Numbered from the stretch's first letter, positions 1-8,845 are shown. The stretch is 20,548 nt of DNA from Gemmatimonadales bacterium (GCA_041577295.1 JBFGJG010000063.1:1-20548); one strand, 5' to 3'. Numbers and translations are program-made. The notes: generated by a model not told the origin, from the sequence alone.

Positions 1-336
1 CCACCACCTATGCCAAGCTCAGGTGGCACACTCGAAGCCATTGCAGTGCCAATGTCGGAGTTTGTGCGGCTCACGGAGATCCCGATCGTCATCTACTATG
101 GCGATAACATACCCGCTGAACCAACCGCCAACCCGGGCCAGGATGGATGGCGGGTCCGTCTTGCCATGGCGAGGTTGTGGAGGGATGCCGTCAATCGGCA
201 TGGTGGTGATGTAACCTTGGTGCATCTGCCGGAAATAGGTGTCCACGGCAATACACACTTTCCATTCTCAGACCTGAACAATCTCCAAATTGCAGATCTT
301 CTTTCTGAGTTTCTAGAGGAGAAAGGGTTGAATTGA
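1..336 (+). CDS. C-terminal part of an alpha/beta-fold hydrolase (5' end outside window)
   Basis: Frame is open from base 1. Motifs IPIVIYYGDNIP and GNTHFPFSDLNN (catalytic-His region) are typical of the alpha/beta hydrolases that co-occur with CMD/cupin genes. Stop TGA at 334-336. Confidence 0.75.
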   Translation, partial: PPPMPSSGGTLEAIAVPMSEFVRLTEIPIVIYYGDNIPAEPTANPGQDGWRVRLAMARLWRDAVNRHGGDVTLVHLPEIGVHGNTHFPFSDLNNLQIADLLSEFLEEKGLN

Positions 337-438
337 CATGAGAGTGTCGATTCTCGCACTGTTTGTATTGATCGCGAATGTGCTTTGGTGGTCGAGTACC
401 GGCTTATCGGTTCGCGCGGTGCAGCGAAGGAGGAGACA

Positions 439-1647
439 ATGGAAGAGGCCAAGGTTCGCCTCGTAATTGCTTTCACTGTCTTTCTACTGGGCTTTGCCGG
501 TGGAGTGAACGCACAGGATGGCGCAAGCGACGCTCCGGCCTTGAGTGTGAATCAACAGAGCATTGTGCTCATCTCGTCACACACCGCTAAAGGCGATCTG
601 GAACGGCTGACACATGCTATGAATGCGGGATTGGACTCCGGGCTCACCATCAATGAGATCAAGGAGGTCTTGCTGCAGTTGTATGCCTACTGTGGCTTTC
701 CGCGAAGCCTCAGCGGTATAAACACACTCATGGCTGTATTGGAGGACAGAGAAGCTCGAGGCGTACGCGATGAGGTTGGCGCATTAGCAGCACCTCCAGT
801 GAGCGATGAGAACAAATACGAAAAAGGCAAACAAGTATTGGAGGCCCTCACCGGACGACCACAAAACAGGCCTAGAAGCGGCTACTCGGCCTTCTTTCCT
901 ACGATAGAGCTCTTTCTCAAGGAACACTTGTTTGCCGAGATCTTTGGCCGTGGTGTTCTCAGTTATCAGGATAGGGAAATCACGACGGTCGCTGCCCTGG
1001 TCAGCATGGGTGGGGTAGAGCCCTATGCGCGCGCTCACATGGGATTGGCATTGAATGTCGAAGTAACGGAATCTCAGCTGCGGCACCTTCTCGCCTTGAT
1101 CGAGTCCAATGTGGGCCAGGCTGAGGCCAGATCCGGTCAAGAACTCCTGTCCCAAGTATTGGCTCGGCAAATGGACACAGAGGCTGGTGGCATGGGTGGC
1201 GAACAAAGCGCCAGTCGAGAGGTGCAGCTCGGGAGCAGCTCGAGCAGTCAAATAGGAAATACCGTTTTCCCCAGGGGACGAAGAATAACGAGCGACAACT
1301 TCACCGGATCCGTTTGGGTGGAGATGCTGGTTACCGAGGAAGAGGTCTTCGGCTCGCGAATAGGCAATGTCACGTTTGAGCCAGGCGCACGAACCAATTG
1401 GCATTCACATCCGGGGGGACAAATCCTGCTGGTCACCAACGGCGCCGGGTATCACCAGGAGCAAGGTGGTCCCATCCAATTACTCAGACGAGGCGATGTA
1501 GTCGAGATAGGTCCCAATGTGGTGCATTGGCATGGTGCGACCCCTTCCGGTGAGTTTACGCATGTTGCAGTAGTCACGAATTCGCAAGCGGGCAACACTG
1601 CTTGGCTGCAACCCGTCACTGATGCAGAGTACAACAGATTCTGGTAG
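439..1647 (+). CDS. Secreted carboxymuconolactone decarboxylase (CMD/AhpD-like) protein fused to a C-terminal cupin domain
   Basis: Strong SD AAGGAGGAG (427-435) before ATG 439, preferred over GTG 385. Sec signal VRLVIAFTVFLLGFAGGVNA|Q. CMD motifs EIKEVLLQLYAYCGFPRSL and FAEIFGRGVLSYQDREITTVAAL. Cupin motifs VTFEPGARTNWHSHPGGQILLV and HWHGA. Confidence 0.85.
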   Translation: MEEAKVRLVIAFTVFLLGFAGGVNAQDGASDAPALSVNQQSIVLISSHTAKGDLERLTHAMNAGLDSGLTINEIKEVLLQLYAYCGFPRSLSGINTLMAVLEDREARGVRDEVGALAAPPVSDENKYEKGKQVLEALTGRPQNRPRSGYSAFFPTIELFLKEHLFAEIFGRGVLSYQDREITTVAALVSMGGVEPYARAHMGLALNVEVTESQLRHLLALIESNVGQAEARSGQELLSQVLARQMDTEAGGMGGEQSASREVQLGSSSSSQIGNTVFPRGRRITSDNFTGSVWVEMLVTEEEVFGSRIGNVTFEPGARTNWHSHPGGQILLVTNGAGYHQEQGGPIQLLRRGDVVEIGPNVVHWHGATPSGEFTHVAVVTNSQAGNTAWLQPVTDAEYNRFW

Positions 1648-1672
1648 TCAGTGGCGTATGGAAACCATGGCC

Positions 1673-1690
1673 GAAACCGAAAGCGGTTTC
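1673..1690 (+). other. Stem-loop between the CMD-cupin gene and iorA
   Basis: GAAACCG-AAAG-CGGTTTC, a perfect 7-bp stem. No long U-tract follows, so a terminator role is uncertain. Confidence 0.35.
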
Positions 1691-1754
1691 ACGCAGCGCG
1701 TAAAGATGTATATTCTATTATTCCACCTTTTCCCCTCATCCTGTGTAACGCATC

Positions 1755-2210
1755 ATGGCGCTATTCAATCTGACCGTCAACGGCAAGAAAGTCACAGTCG
1801 ACGTTGACCCCAGCACTCCCGTCCTGTGGGTGTTACGCGATCACCTGCAGCTGGTGGGAACGAAATACGGTTGCGGCATCGCCCAATGCGGAGCGTGCAC
1901 CGTCCACCTGAACGGCGTTGCCGTTCGCTCGTGTTCGCTGCCAGTCTCGAGCGTGGGGAATCAGCCCATTACGACCATCGAAGGGCTCTCGCGGGATGGC
2001 ACGCATCCCGTGCAGGAGGCGTGGCTCGCGCACGATGTGCCGCAATGCGGCTACTGCCAGGCGGGACAGATCATGAGTGCCGCGGCCCTGCTGGCCCAAA
2101 ACTCTTCGCCGAGCGACGAAGAGATCAACGCGGCGATGCAGGGCAATATCTGTCGCTGCGGTACCTACACGCGCATCCACGCGGCAATCAAAACCGCCGC
2201 AAAGAAATAG
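1755..2210 (+). CDS. iorA: 2x[2Fe-2S] small subunit of a xanthine-oxidase-family (IorA/CoxS-like) oxidoreductase
   Basis: [17 protein letters not shown]...RSC and [13 protein letters not shown]...GNICRCGTY cysteine motifs. The substrate cannot be determined. Confidence 0.92.
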   Translation: MALFNLTVNGKKVTVDVDPSTPVLWVLRDHLQLVGTKYGCGIAQCGACTVHLNGVAVRSCSLPVSSVGNQPITTIEGLSRDGTHPVQEAWLAHDVPQCGYCQAGQIMSAAALLAQNSSPSDEEINAAMQGNICRCGTYTRIHAAIKTAAKK

Positions 2211-2263
2211 ACGACTCCTGATTCGCAAGTCGTCACCCAGAACCGATTCGGACGAGAACTATC

Positions 2264-4525
2264 GTGCCTACCGTTAAAACGACACTCAACAGACGCTCCT
2301 TCCTCAAGGCCTCCGCGGTAGCCGGCGGCGGCATGATGCTGCAGTTCAACTGGCTGGCTGGTTGTGCGCGGTCAGCCGACGCGCTCGACCGGATGCCGGA
2401 GGAATGGATCGACCTCAACGGGTTCGTCAAGATCGGCGAGAACGGCATGGTCACCATCATGTCGCCGAACCCGGAGATCGGTCAGAACGTCAAGACCTCC
2501 ATGCCCATGATCGTGGCGGAAGAGCTCGACGTGGACTGGAACAACGTGGTCGTGGAGCAGGCCCCGCTCAACACGGACATCTTCACCCGGCAGCTGGCGG
2601 GTGGCAGCCAATCCATCCGGCAGGGGTGGCAGTCGCTGCGCATGGCCGGGGCCGCGGCGCGACGCATGCTCCGCGAGGCCGCGGCGCGAGCGTGGCAGGT
2701 GCCCGTGGAAGAGATTACGACCGCCACAGGCGTGCTCCGGCACGCGAGGAGCGGCAGGACGGCGGGTTACGGTGAGATGGCCTCGGCCGCCGCTTTGATT
2801 CCCGTGCCCGAGGAAGTCGAGCTGAAAGAGGTCAAGGACTTCAAGATCATCGGCACACCCAGAAAGAACGTGGATGCTCGCAAGATCGTGACGGGGAAGC
2901 CGCTCTTCGGGCTGGACTACCACCGCGATGGGATGCTCATCGCCATGATGGTCCACCCGCCCGCGTTTGGGTTGAAGCTCAAATCGGTGGACGATACCGA
3001 GGCGCGGGCCATGCCCGGCATCAAGGACGTCTTCACCATCAAGTCGTATAACGCGGACTACGGGAAGCACATCTTCGATGCGACCGCGTTTACCGAGTTC
3101 GTGGTCGTGGTCGGTAATACGACTTGGGAGGTCCTGAACGGCAGGAAGGCGCTGAAGGTCGAGTGGGAACCGTTCGAAGAGTATACGGACAAGTTCGCGC
3201 ACTTCATCACGGGTGCCGAGATGCCGAGGAAGGTACCCGCAGGGCTCGAGAACACCAGCGCGCACACTGCGCAAATGGCGGCACTGGGTGCCAAGTCGGC
3301 GACGGTGGCCCGCAGGGATGGAAACCCGGAGGCGGCGTTCAGAAACGCCGCGCGTGTCATCGAGCGCACCTACACCGCTCCGTTCCTCGCCCACAATCCC
3401 ATGGAGCCGATGAACTTCTTCGCCCACGTGACGGCGGACAAGGCCGAGCTCGTGGGGCCGACGCAGACGCCGGAGTTCATGGAGAAATCGGTGGCTGCCC
3501 GGGTGGGTCTGCCGCTCGAGAAGATCGACATCCAGATGACCCGTCAGGGTGGTGGCTTCGGGCGGCGGCTCTACGGTCACTTCATGGTGGAGGCGGCAGT
3601 CATTTCACAGAGAATGAACGCCCCCATCAAGTTGGTGTACACCCGCGAAGACGACATGACCTACGGCATCTATCGCCCGACGTATCATGCGGTCTATCGG
3701 GCTGCGCTCGATGCCAACAACAACCTGATCGGATTTCATGTGCGGGCCGGTGGCATCCCGGAGAGCCCGCTCTTTGCGAACCGGTTCCCGGCCGGTGCGC
3801 TCGACAACTACCTCGCCGAGGAGTGGTCGATAGACTCCAACATTTCCATTGGAGCCTTTCGGGCACCCAGGTCCAACTTCATCGCGGGGGCCGAACAGTC
3901 CTTCCTCGACGAAGTCGCAGAGGCCATGGGGAAAGATCCCATCGCGCTCCGTCTCGAGCTGTTGGAACGTGCGAGGAGAAACCCGGTGGGCGAGGAAAAC
4001 GACTACGACGCCGCCCGGTATGCCGGCGTGCTGGAACTGGTGCGGGACAAGTCGGGTTGGGGCACGCGAGAATCAGCGAACGTGCACCGGGGCGTTGCCG
4101 CCTACTTCTGCCACAATTCCTATGTGGCGCAGATCGTCGACGTGGTGATGGAGAACGGCAAGCCCGTGATCCAGAAAGTCCACTGTGCGGTCGACTGTGG
4201 CATCGTGGTCAATCCACTCGCGGCCACCAACCTCACTGAGGGTGGTATCGTGGACGGGCTCAGCCAGTCGATGTTCAGTGCCCTCACCTTCAAGGACGGT
4301 GTGCCCGAGCAGAGCAACTTTGACAAGTACCAGGTCATGCGCCACAGCGACGCGCCGAGGGCCATCGAGGTGCACTTCGTGAAGAACGAGATCGACCCAA
4401 CGGGCCTTGGTGAGCCGCCATTCCCACCAATCATGGGCGCCATCGCCAACGCGCTGTATCGCGCAACCGGCCAGCGGCTGTACGAGCAACCGTTCGCGCC
4501 GCAGATGGAGAAGCTGGTGGGGTAA
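2264..4525 (+). CDS. iorB: Molybdopterin-binding large subunit, IorB/aldehyde oxidoreductase type, Tat-exported
   Basis: GTG start. Tat motif NRRSFLK with possible lipobox LAGC. Motifs EIGQNVKTSMPMIVAEEL, AHNPMEPMN, GGGFGRR, AFRAP, AVDCGIVVNP and GLGEPP. Directly downstream of the 2Fe-2S subunit. Confidence 0.92.
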   Translation: MPTVKTTLNRRSFLKASAVAGGGMMLQFNWLAGCARSADALDRMPEEWIDLNGFVKIGENGMVTIMSPNPEIGQNVKTSMPMIVAEELDVDWNNVVVEQAPLNTDIFTRQLAGGSQSIRQGWQSLRMAGAAARRMLREAAARAWQVPVEEITTATGVLRHARSGRTAGYGEMASAAALIPVPEEVELKEVKDFKIIGTPRKNVDARKIVTGKPLFGLDYHRDGMLIAMMVHPPAFGLKLKSVDDTEARAMPGIKDVFTIKSYNADYGKHIFDATAFTEFVVVVGNTTWEVLNGRKALKVEWEPFEEYTDKFAHFITGAEMPRKVPAGLENTSAHTAQMAALGAKSATVARRDGNPEAAFRNAARVIERTYTAPFLAHNPMEPMNFFAHVTADKAELVGPTQTPEFMEKSVAARVGLPLEKIDIQMTRQGGGFGRRLYGHFMVEAAVISQRMNAPIKLVYTREDDMTYGIYRPTYHAVYRAALDANNNLIGFHVRAGGIPESPLFANRFPAGALDNYLAEEWSIDSNISIGAFRAPRSNFIAGAEQSFLDEVAEAMGKDPIALRLELLERARRNPVGEENDYDAARYAGVLELVRDKSGWGTRESANVHRGVAAYFCHNSYVAQIVDVVMENGKPVIQKVHCAVDCGIVVNPLAATNLTEGGIVDGLSQSMFSALTFKDGVPEQSNFDKYQVMRHSDAPRAIEVHFVKNEIDPTGLGEPPFPPIMGAIANALYRATGQRLYEQPFAPQMEKLVG

Positions 4526-4527
4526 AA

Positions 4528-4615
4528 AGTGCAGAGCGCTGATTGGGGATTGTTGATTGCGGTTCTCGCCTTTTCTCGATCAACAATCCCCAATCCTCAA
4601 TCAACAATCAGCACT
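4528..4615. repeat. Heptamer-built palindromic element, copy 1; probable bidirectional 3'-end hairpin between convergent genes
   Basis: AGTGC...GCACT termini. Perfect 17-bp inverted repeat GATTGGGGATTGTTGAT (4541-4557) / ATCAACAATCCCCAATC (4579-4595). Right arm units GATCAAC AATCCCC AATCCTC AATCAAC AATCAGC. Confidence 0.85.
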
Positions 4616-5492
4616 ATTGTTTCACCACTCCCGCGAACACCATCCGCCCTTCCTGAACGCTGAGCTCAGTAATCTCCGCGTACTCACTGCCCTGAAGGAG
4701 CAACGACGCCACTAGCTGCCCCAGGAGATCGAACGCAAACGCCGGCGCGGGAATGCGGCCGAGCTTTCCTTTGACGAAGTCGAGCTCCAGTTCTCCGCTC
4801 TTCGCGCTTGGGGCAAAGACGACGAGCGCGGGCTGCTTCCAGCGCCACGCCTGCACGTAGCCAGCCATCACGATCTCGCCACCAGCGGTGAACTGCACTT
4901 GCACGTCTCCGGTGCGTAGCTCCGGATCGAAGAATCCCGCTAGCTTCTGCCGCCAGTTGCGTGATGCCTTGCGTGCTTCGGCGCGCTCACGCAAGACCGT
5001 GCGGAGGGTCTCGATGTCATTGATCTGCTGCAGCTCCTGGGGTGGAACGGAATCGATCGCGCGCATTAGTTCCGGTACCATGAGGCCGAGGCTGAGCGCT
5101 GAGGTAGCCTCTGCCTCGGTGACGGTGATCCGCAGACGGCGCGTGTTGGGCGCGTCTTGCACCGCGGCCGCGGTGCGTCGAACGAATCGCTCCGCCGCCG
5201 CTTTGGTTGGTCGTACCGGCTCACCATATTCGGCCGTCAGCTGCTGGAGATCGACGCTTGCTGACCATGTCAGGATCGACAGCGCGGCAATGAGGAGACC
5301 AATCCCAAAGAAGAGGAGCTTTTTGAAGCGGAGACGTGGGAACCGAAAGATCGATCCGAAGATCCCCCGCACCATCATGCCGAGGCATCCAATCTTGGAG
5401 ACGTTCTGAAGCGCGGCGCGGCCCTTGGCCAACGCCTCTTCCATCTGTTGCTGCTGCTCGGGGGTGAGTTCCTGGTGGGGCTCGTCGGTCAT
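4614..5492 (-). CDS. Hypothetical membrane-anchored protein, possibly LmeA/DUF2993/YpmS-like
   Basis: 292-aa ORF with a single hydrophobic helix (LLFFGIGLLIAALSILTW) after a basic patch. The pattern ITVTEAEATSAL...GKLGRIP...EITELSVQEGRMVFAG resembles that group, but the family call is tentative. Confidence 0.7.
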   Translation of the reverse strand: MTDEPHQELTPEQQQQMEEALAKGRAALQNVSKIGCLGMMVRGIFGSIFRFPRLRFKKLLFFGIGLLIAALSILTWSASVDLQQLTAEYGEPVRPTKAAAERFVRRTAAAVQDAPNTRRLRITVTEAEATSALSLGLMVPELMRAIDSVPPQELQQINDIETLRTVLRERAEARKASRNWRQKLAGFFDPELRTGDVQVQFTAGGEIVMAGYVQAWRWKQPALVVFAPSAKSGELELDFVKGKLGRIPAPAFAFDLLGQLVASLLLQGSEYAEITELSVQEGRMVFAGVVKQ

Positions 5493-5657
5493 TCACGCTC
5501 GTGAGTGAAGGGTAGTGGTTGCAGTCCGTCTGTCCGGCCAAAATTGCAGACAGGGGTACCGAAGCGTAACCTATGGGTCGCCACGCGGTGAATTCGTCTG
5601 CAAGAGCCTCCGCCAGCTACCGCTATTTCATCCATCGTCTCTCGAGGGGAGAATAAC

Positions 5658-6782
5658 ATGGCCGCATCGAAGTCTTCAGGCGACGGACCCATCAAGGTTG
5701 GCGTGATCGCGGACCAGACAGGCGCCCTTTCGTTTTTTGGTATCGCCAATGCAAACGTAGCCAAGATGGTGACCGACGAGATCAATGCGAAGGGGGGCTT
5801 GTTGGGCCGGAAGATTGATCTCCATCTCGAGGACAGCACCACGAACGACAGTACGGCGGCAGCCCTCGCCGCCAAGCTGGTCGAGCGAGACAAAGTCGAC
5901 GTGATCCTCGGCGGCATCTATAGCTCCACGCGCCAGGCCATCATGGGCCCAGCGGTCACCAAGGGCAAGACGCTGTACATCTATCCTGAGCAATACGAAG
6001 GTCAGGAGTGTCACCCGCTCGTCTTCTGTACGGGTCCGGTGCCGGCACAGCAGGTGGAACCGCTCATTCCCTGGCTGATGCAACAGACGGGCGCGAAGAA
6101 ATTCTACCTGCCGTCAGCCGACTATATCTGGCCCCGCATTATGAACAAGAAGGTACGGGAAGCCGTCTCGGCGAAGGGGGGCAGCATCGTCGGCGAGGAG
6201 TACTTCCCTCTCGATCACGTTGACTACGAGAAGACGGTCGAGAAGATCACGTCCAGCGGCACCGAAGTGGTGTTCAACACGATCGTGCCTCCCGGGCTCA
6301 CGCCGTTCCTCGACCAACTACACAAGTCCGGTTTCCTGAAGCGAGGTGGACACATTGTCTGTACCTACTTCGACGAGAACTTCCTGAACATCGTGCCGGC
6401 AGAGCAAGTGGAAGGTCTGTACAGCTGCCTCGACTATTACTGGGACGCCGCCGATCCATTCAGTAAGAAGCTGATCGCGGAGTACAACAAACGTTTCCCG
6501 GGCAGTGCCAAGTTCACCGCCGGCAGCGCGTGTTCGGGGTTGTACCGTGGGCTAAAAATGTGGGAAGCTGCGGTTAAAGAGGCGGGCTCGCTCGAGCAGG
6601 ACAAAGTCATCAAGGCATTGGACCACGCCAAGATCGCCGAGGGGCCGGGTGGCGCGGCGGAGATGGTGCCCGGTCAGCATCATGCGCGTATGAACATGTA
6701 CATCGCCCAGGCGCAGAAGGGGAACTTCAGGGTCGTGAAGAAGTTGGGGATGATTGATCCAAAGGAGTGCACGCAGAAGTGA
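5658..6782 (+). CDS. Type I periplasmic-binding-fold protein of the AmiC/UrtA (amide/urea) subfamily, lacking a signal peptide
   Basis: SD GAGGGGAG at 5644-5651. Motifs PIKVGV, EINAKGGLLGR, YPEQYEGQE and ADYIWPR match AmiC/UrtA. An in-frame TGA at 5589-5591 excludes an N-terminal extension. Confidence 0.85.
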   Translation: MAASKSSGDGPIKVGVIADQTGALSFFGIANANVAKMVTDEINAKGGLLGRKIDLHLEDSTTNDSTAAALAAKLVERDKVDVILGGIYSSTRQAIMGPAVTKGKTLYIYPEQYEGQECHPLVFCTGPVPAQQVEPLIPWLMQQTGAKKFYLPSADYIWPRIMNKKVREAVSAKGGSIVGEEYFPLDHVDYEKTVEKITSSGTEVVFNTIVPPGLTPFLDQLHKSGFLKRGGHIVCTYFDENFLNIVPAEQVEGLYSCLDYYWDAADPFSKKLIAEYNKRFPGSAKFTAGSACSGLYRGLKMWEAAVKEAGSLEQDKVIKALDHAKIAEGPGGAAEMVPGQHHARMNMYIAQAQKGNFRVVKKLGMIDPKECTQK

Positions 6783-6798
6783 GTGCAGTGCAGATTGG
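6782..6798 (+). repeat. Degenerate half copy of the heptamer element
   Basis: AGTGCAGTGCAGATTGG overlaps and follows the TGA of the AmiC-like gene. Confidence 0.4.
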
Positions 6799-6930
6799 AC
6801 CATCGTTACGACGGTGACCTGCCTTGGCCTTTCGTAACAAGTTGGCAACACCTCTGGAGTCGCAGGCCGGGAGTGATTAAGGTTCCCGGTTCGTTATGTC
6901 GCTTGGGCTCCCGAAGGGGGTGTTACTGAA

Positions 6931-7800
6931 ATGAAACGGTATCTGGTAGTAAGCGACTTCGATCAGACATTGAGCTTCAACGACTCCGGCATCGTGCTGA
7001 GCGAGTTGCTCGGCCTCTCCGACTTTGCAGAGAAGGTTGCTGGATTGTCGCGTTTGAACTTGGTACAGCAAGGTGCCGAGCTGGCGTATCTACTACGGCA
7101 CGACCCCGAGTTCCGTTCGGTTCGGAGAGAACATCTAACGGAGGCCGGGAAGCGCATCCGTCTCAAGCGCAACGTTGGTCGGCTCGCAGAGGTGCTCGAG
7201 CGCGGGATCGATGGCTACCGCTTCGAGTTCTACGTGGTGTCGGCCGCACCGGAAGAGGTCATTCATGCTGCGCTCGAGGGCATCTTGCCGCCGAGTCGGA
7301 TCATGGGCACACGCTTTCGATACGATAATCAGAGCGGTGAGATCGACTCGATCGATCGCGTCACCGCTGGTCACGGGAAGGTGACCGCGGTCGAAACATT
7401 GCGCCTCATGCTGGGCCTTCCACGCAGTCGCGTCGTGTACGTCGGCGACGGCAGCTCGGACGTCCACGTGATGCTGCACGTGAACCGCGGCGAGGGCGTG
7501 ACGATCGCCGTGTCCGAAGCGCGCGACATCGCACAGCTCGCAAAGCGTACGGTCTTGAGCGAGGACGCGCTGAGTGTCCTGGTGCCGATTCTCGAGGAAG
7601 TGGTGGGTGCCGGCCATCGCGAGATCCGCGCGCTGCTCGAGCGGCACGGCTTCATGATTCAGGAGTGGGAGACCGTGCGCACCGACTGGGTGACGATTCG
7701 TGACGACGCGGATGACGCTCGCCAGGAAGTGGAAGCCGTCGATATCCCAACCGCTAACGCCGGCTACGTTCGGTCAAGTGCAGGAACCGCGACTCCTTGA
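6931..7800 (+). CDS. HAD-superfamily phosphatase (subfamily IB, phosphoserine-phosphatase-like)
   Basis: Motif [11 protein letters not shown], motif II VVSA, motif III GK, motif [10 protein letters not shown]. Confidence 0.85.
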   Translation: MKRYLVVSDFDQTLSFNDSGIVLSELLGLSDFAEKVAGLSRLNLVQQGAELAYLLRHDPEFRSVRREHLTEAGKRIRLKRNVGRLAEVLERGIDGYRFEFYVVSAAPEEVIHAALEGILPPSRIMGTRFRYDNQSGEIDSIDRVTAGHGKVTAVETLRLMLGLPRSRVVYVGDGSSDVHVMLHVNRGEGVTIAVSEARDIAQLAKRTVLSEDALSVLVPILEEVVGAGHREIRALLERHGFMIQEWETVRTDWVTIRDDADDARQEVEAVDIPTANAGYVRSSAGTATP

Positions 7801-8845
7801 GGAAGCGAATCTGATGGCCGTCGTCGCGGAGTTGGAGGGCGGCAAGGATCTTTCGCCCGGCTGCCCCTGCCGCCCAGAAGGGTGACCGCCCGCCGACCAC
7901 AACCACATCGACATTGCGTGAGACGCGCGGCTCGGGCCGGGCGCCCGCGCGTCGCGCCCGCCGCCACAGCTCACGCCGCTTGAGCGTGCCACGACCGGTG
8001 AAAACGACGGTACGGCCAGTGAGGCTCGTGATACGGGAGAACGGAAGCTCGGGGTCGCGACGCATGCCTTCCAGCAGACGGCCAGCGTCGCGAAACCGGT
8101 ACTCGCGCTGCGCGATGCAGCGATAGATCAGCGCCTTCGATCGGTCCGAGCACTCGAGCCGCCGCACGCCGGTGGTCGGCAGCCAGCGATCGACGTTCGC
8201 CCCCAGGAGCCGCGCCAATAGCTGACCCAGCTGCCAGACATCGTCGCGCGGACTCCAACTTTGTTTCCCCGCGAGCACGGTGATCGGTGCATGCCACGGG
8301 TTGAACGCGTCGGCGGGTACTTTGCGCGCGATCCCATGCAACGCGATGCCGAAGTCGGCGAGCTTCAAGTGTCCGTCAAACGTGAGCAGCACGTTGCGTG
8401 AGGTGATATCCCGATGTACCGCACCGCCGTCGTGCAGGTCGCTCACGGCGCGTGCGATCGCGCGAAACTCCCGCAACGTCTTGGTCTCGGACCACCGCAA
8501 GCCATCGGTGAGCGCACCCTCGATGCTCCGCTCACATAGCTCGAACACCGAGACGTAGAGCGGACGCCGCTTGCCCTGATGGCCCACGAACGTCGCGTGC
8601 AGCTGGACGGCGCCCGCATGACCGCGGAGAATTTCGCCGAAGTAGGCTTCGCGATGCCAGCTGTTCGTGTCCATGGTGGTCTTGAGGCAGAGCGGCGGTC
8701 CCGATGGCTTACCTCGCTGGAGCCGCCGACCGCGATAGACGTTGCCAAAGCCACCGCTGCCGATGAGCGCATCGATACGATACGCATCGCCCGTCTCGAA
8801 GCTCACGAGCGGTGGCCCACCCGGTTTCAGGGTCTTGATGCTCAT
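7754..8845 (-). CDS. Soluble protein kinase with a C-terminal BRCT domain
   Basis: Gly loop [10 protein letters not shown], beta3 Lys (LCLK), helix-C Glu (REA), HRD, DFG and DVWQLG. C-terminal [10 protein letters not shown]...AGA...[11 protein letters not shown]...GRK...A...IRFLKESRF matches a LigA-type BRCT domain (about 7770-8026). No TM helix. Confidence 0.85.
   Translation of the reverse strand: MSIKTLKPGGPPLVSFETGDAYRIDALIGSGGFGNVYRGRRLQRGKPSGPPLCLKTTMDTNSWHREAYFGEILRGHAGAVQLHATFVGHQGKRRPLYVSVFELCERSIEGALTDGLRWSETKTLREFRAIARAVSDLHDGGAVHRDITSRNVLLTFDGHLKLADFGIALHGIARKVPADAFNPWHAPITVLAGKQSWSPRDDVWQLGQLLARLLGANVDRWLPTTGVRRLECSDRSKALIYRCIAQREYRFRDAGRLLEGMRRDPELPFSRITSLTGRTVVFTGRGTLKRRELWRRARRAGARPEPRVSRNVDVVVVGGRSPFWAAGAAGRKILAALQLRDDGHQIRFLKESRFLHLTERSRR

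Noticed and set aside
385..438. GTG 385 start for the CMD-cupin gene
   Set aside because: ATG 439 has a strong SD and puts the signal peptide at the N-terminus.
1650..1750. Moco riboswitch upstream of the molybdoenzyme genes
   Set aside because: Only two small hairpins are present and the multi-stem conserved core was not recognisable. An Rfam scan would settle it.
2372..3580. Long antisense or alternate-frame ORFs in iorB (also 3124-4239), and in the kinases and phoD
   Set aside because: They are shadow ORFs expected in high-GC coding DNA and carry no motifs.
6842..6858. Sigma-54 promoter TTGGCAAC...
   Set aside because: The -12 position reads GG rather than the required GC.
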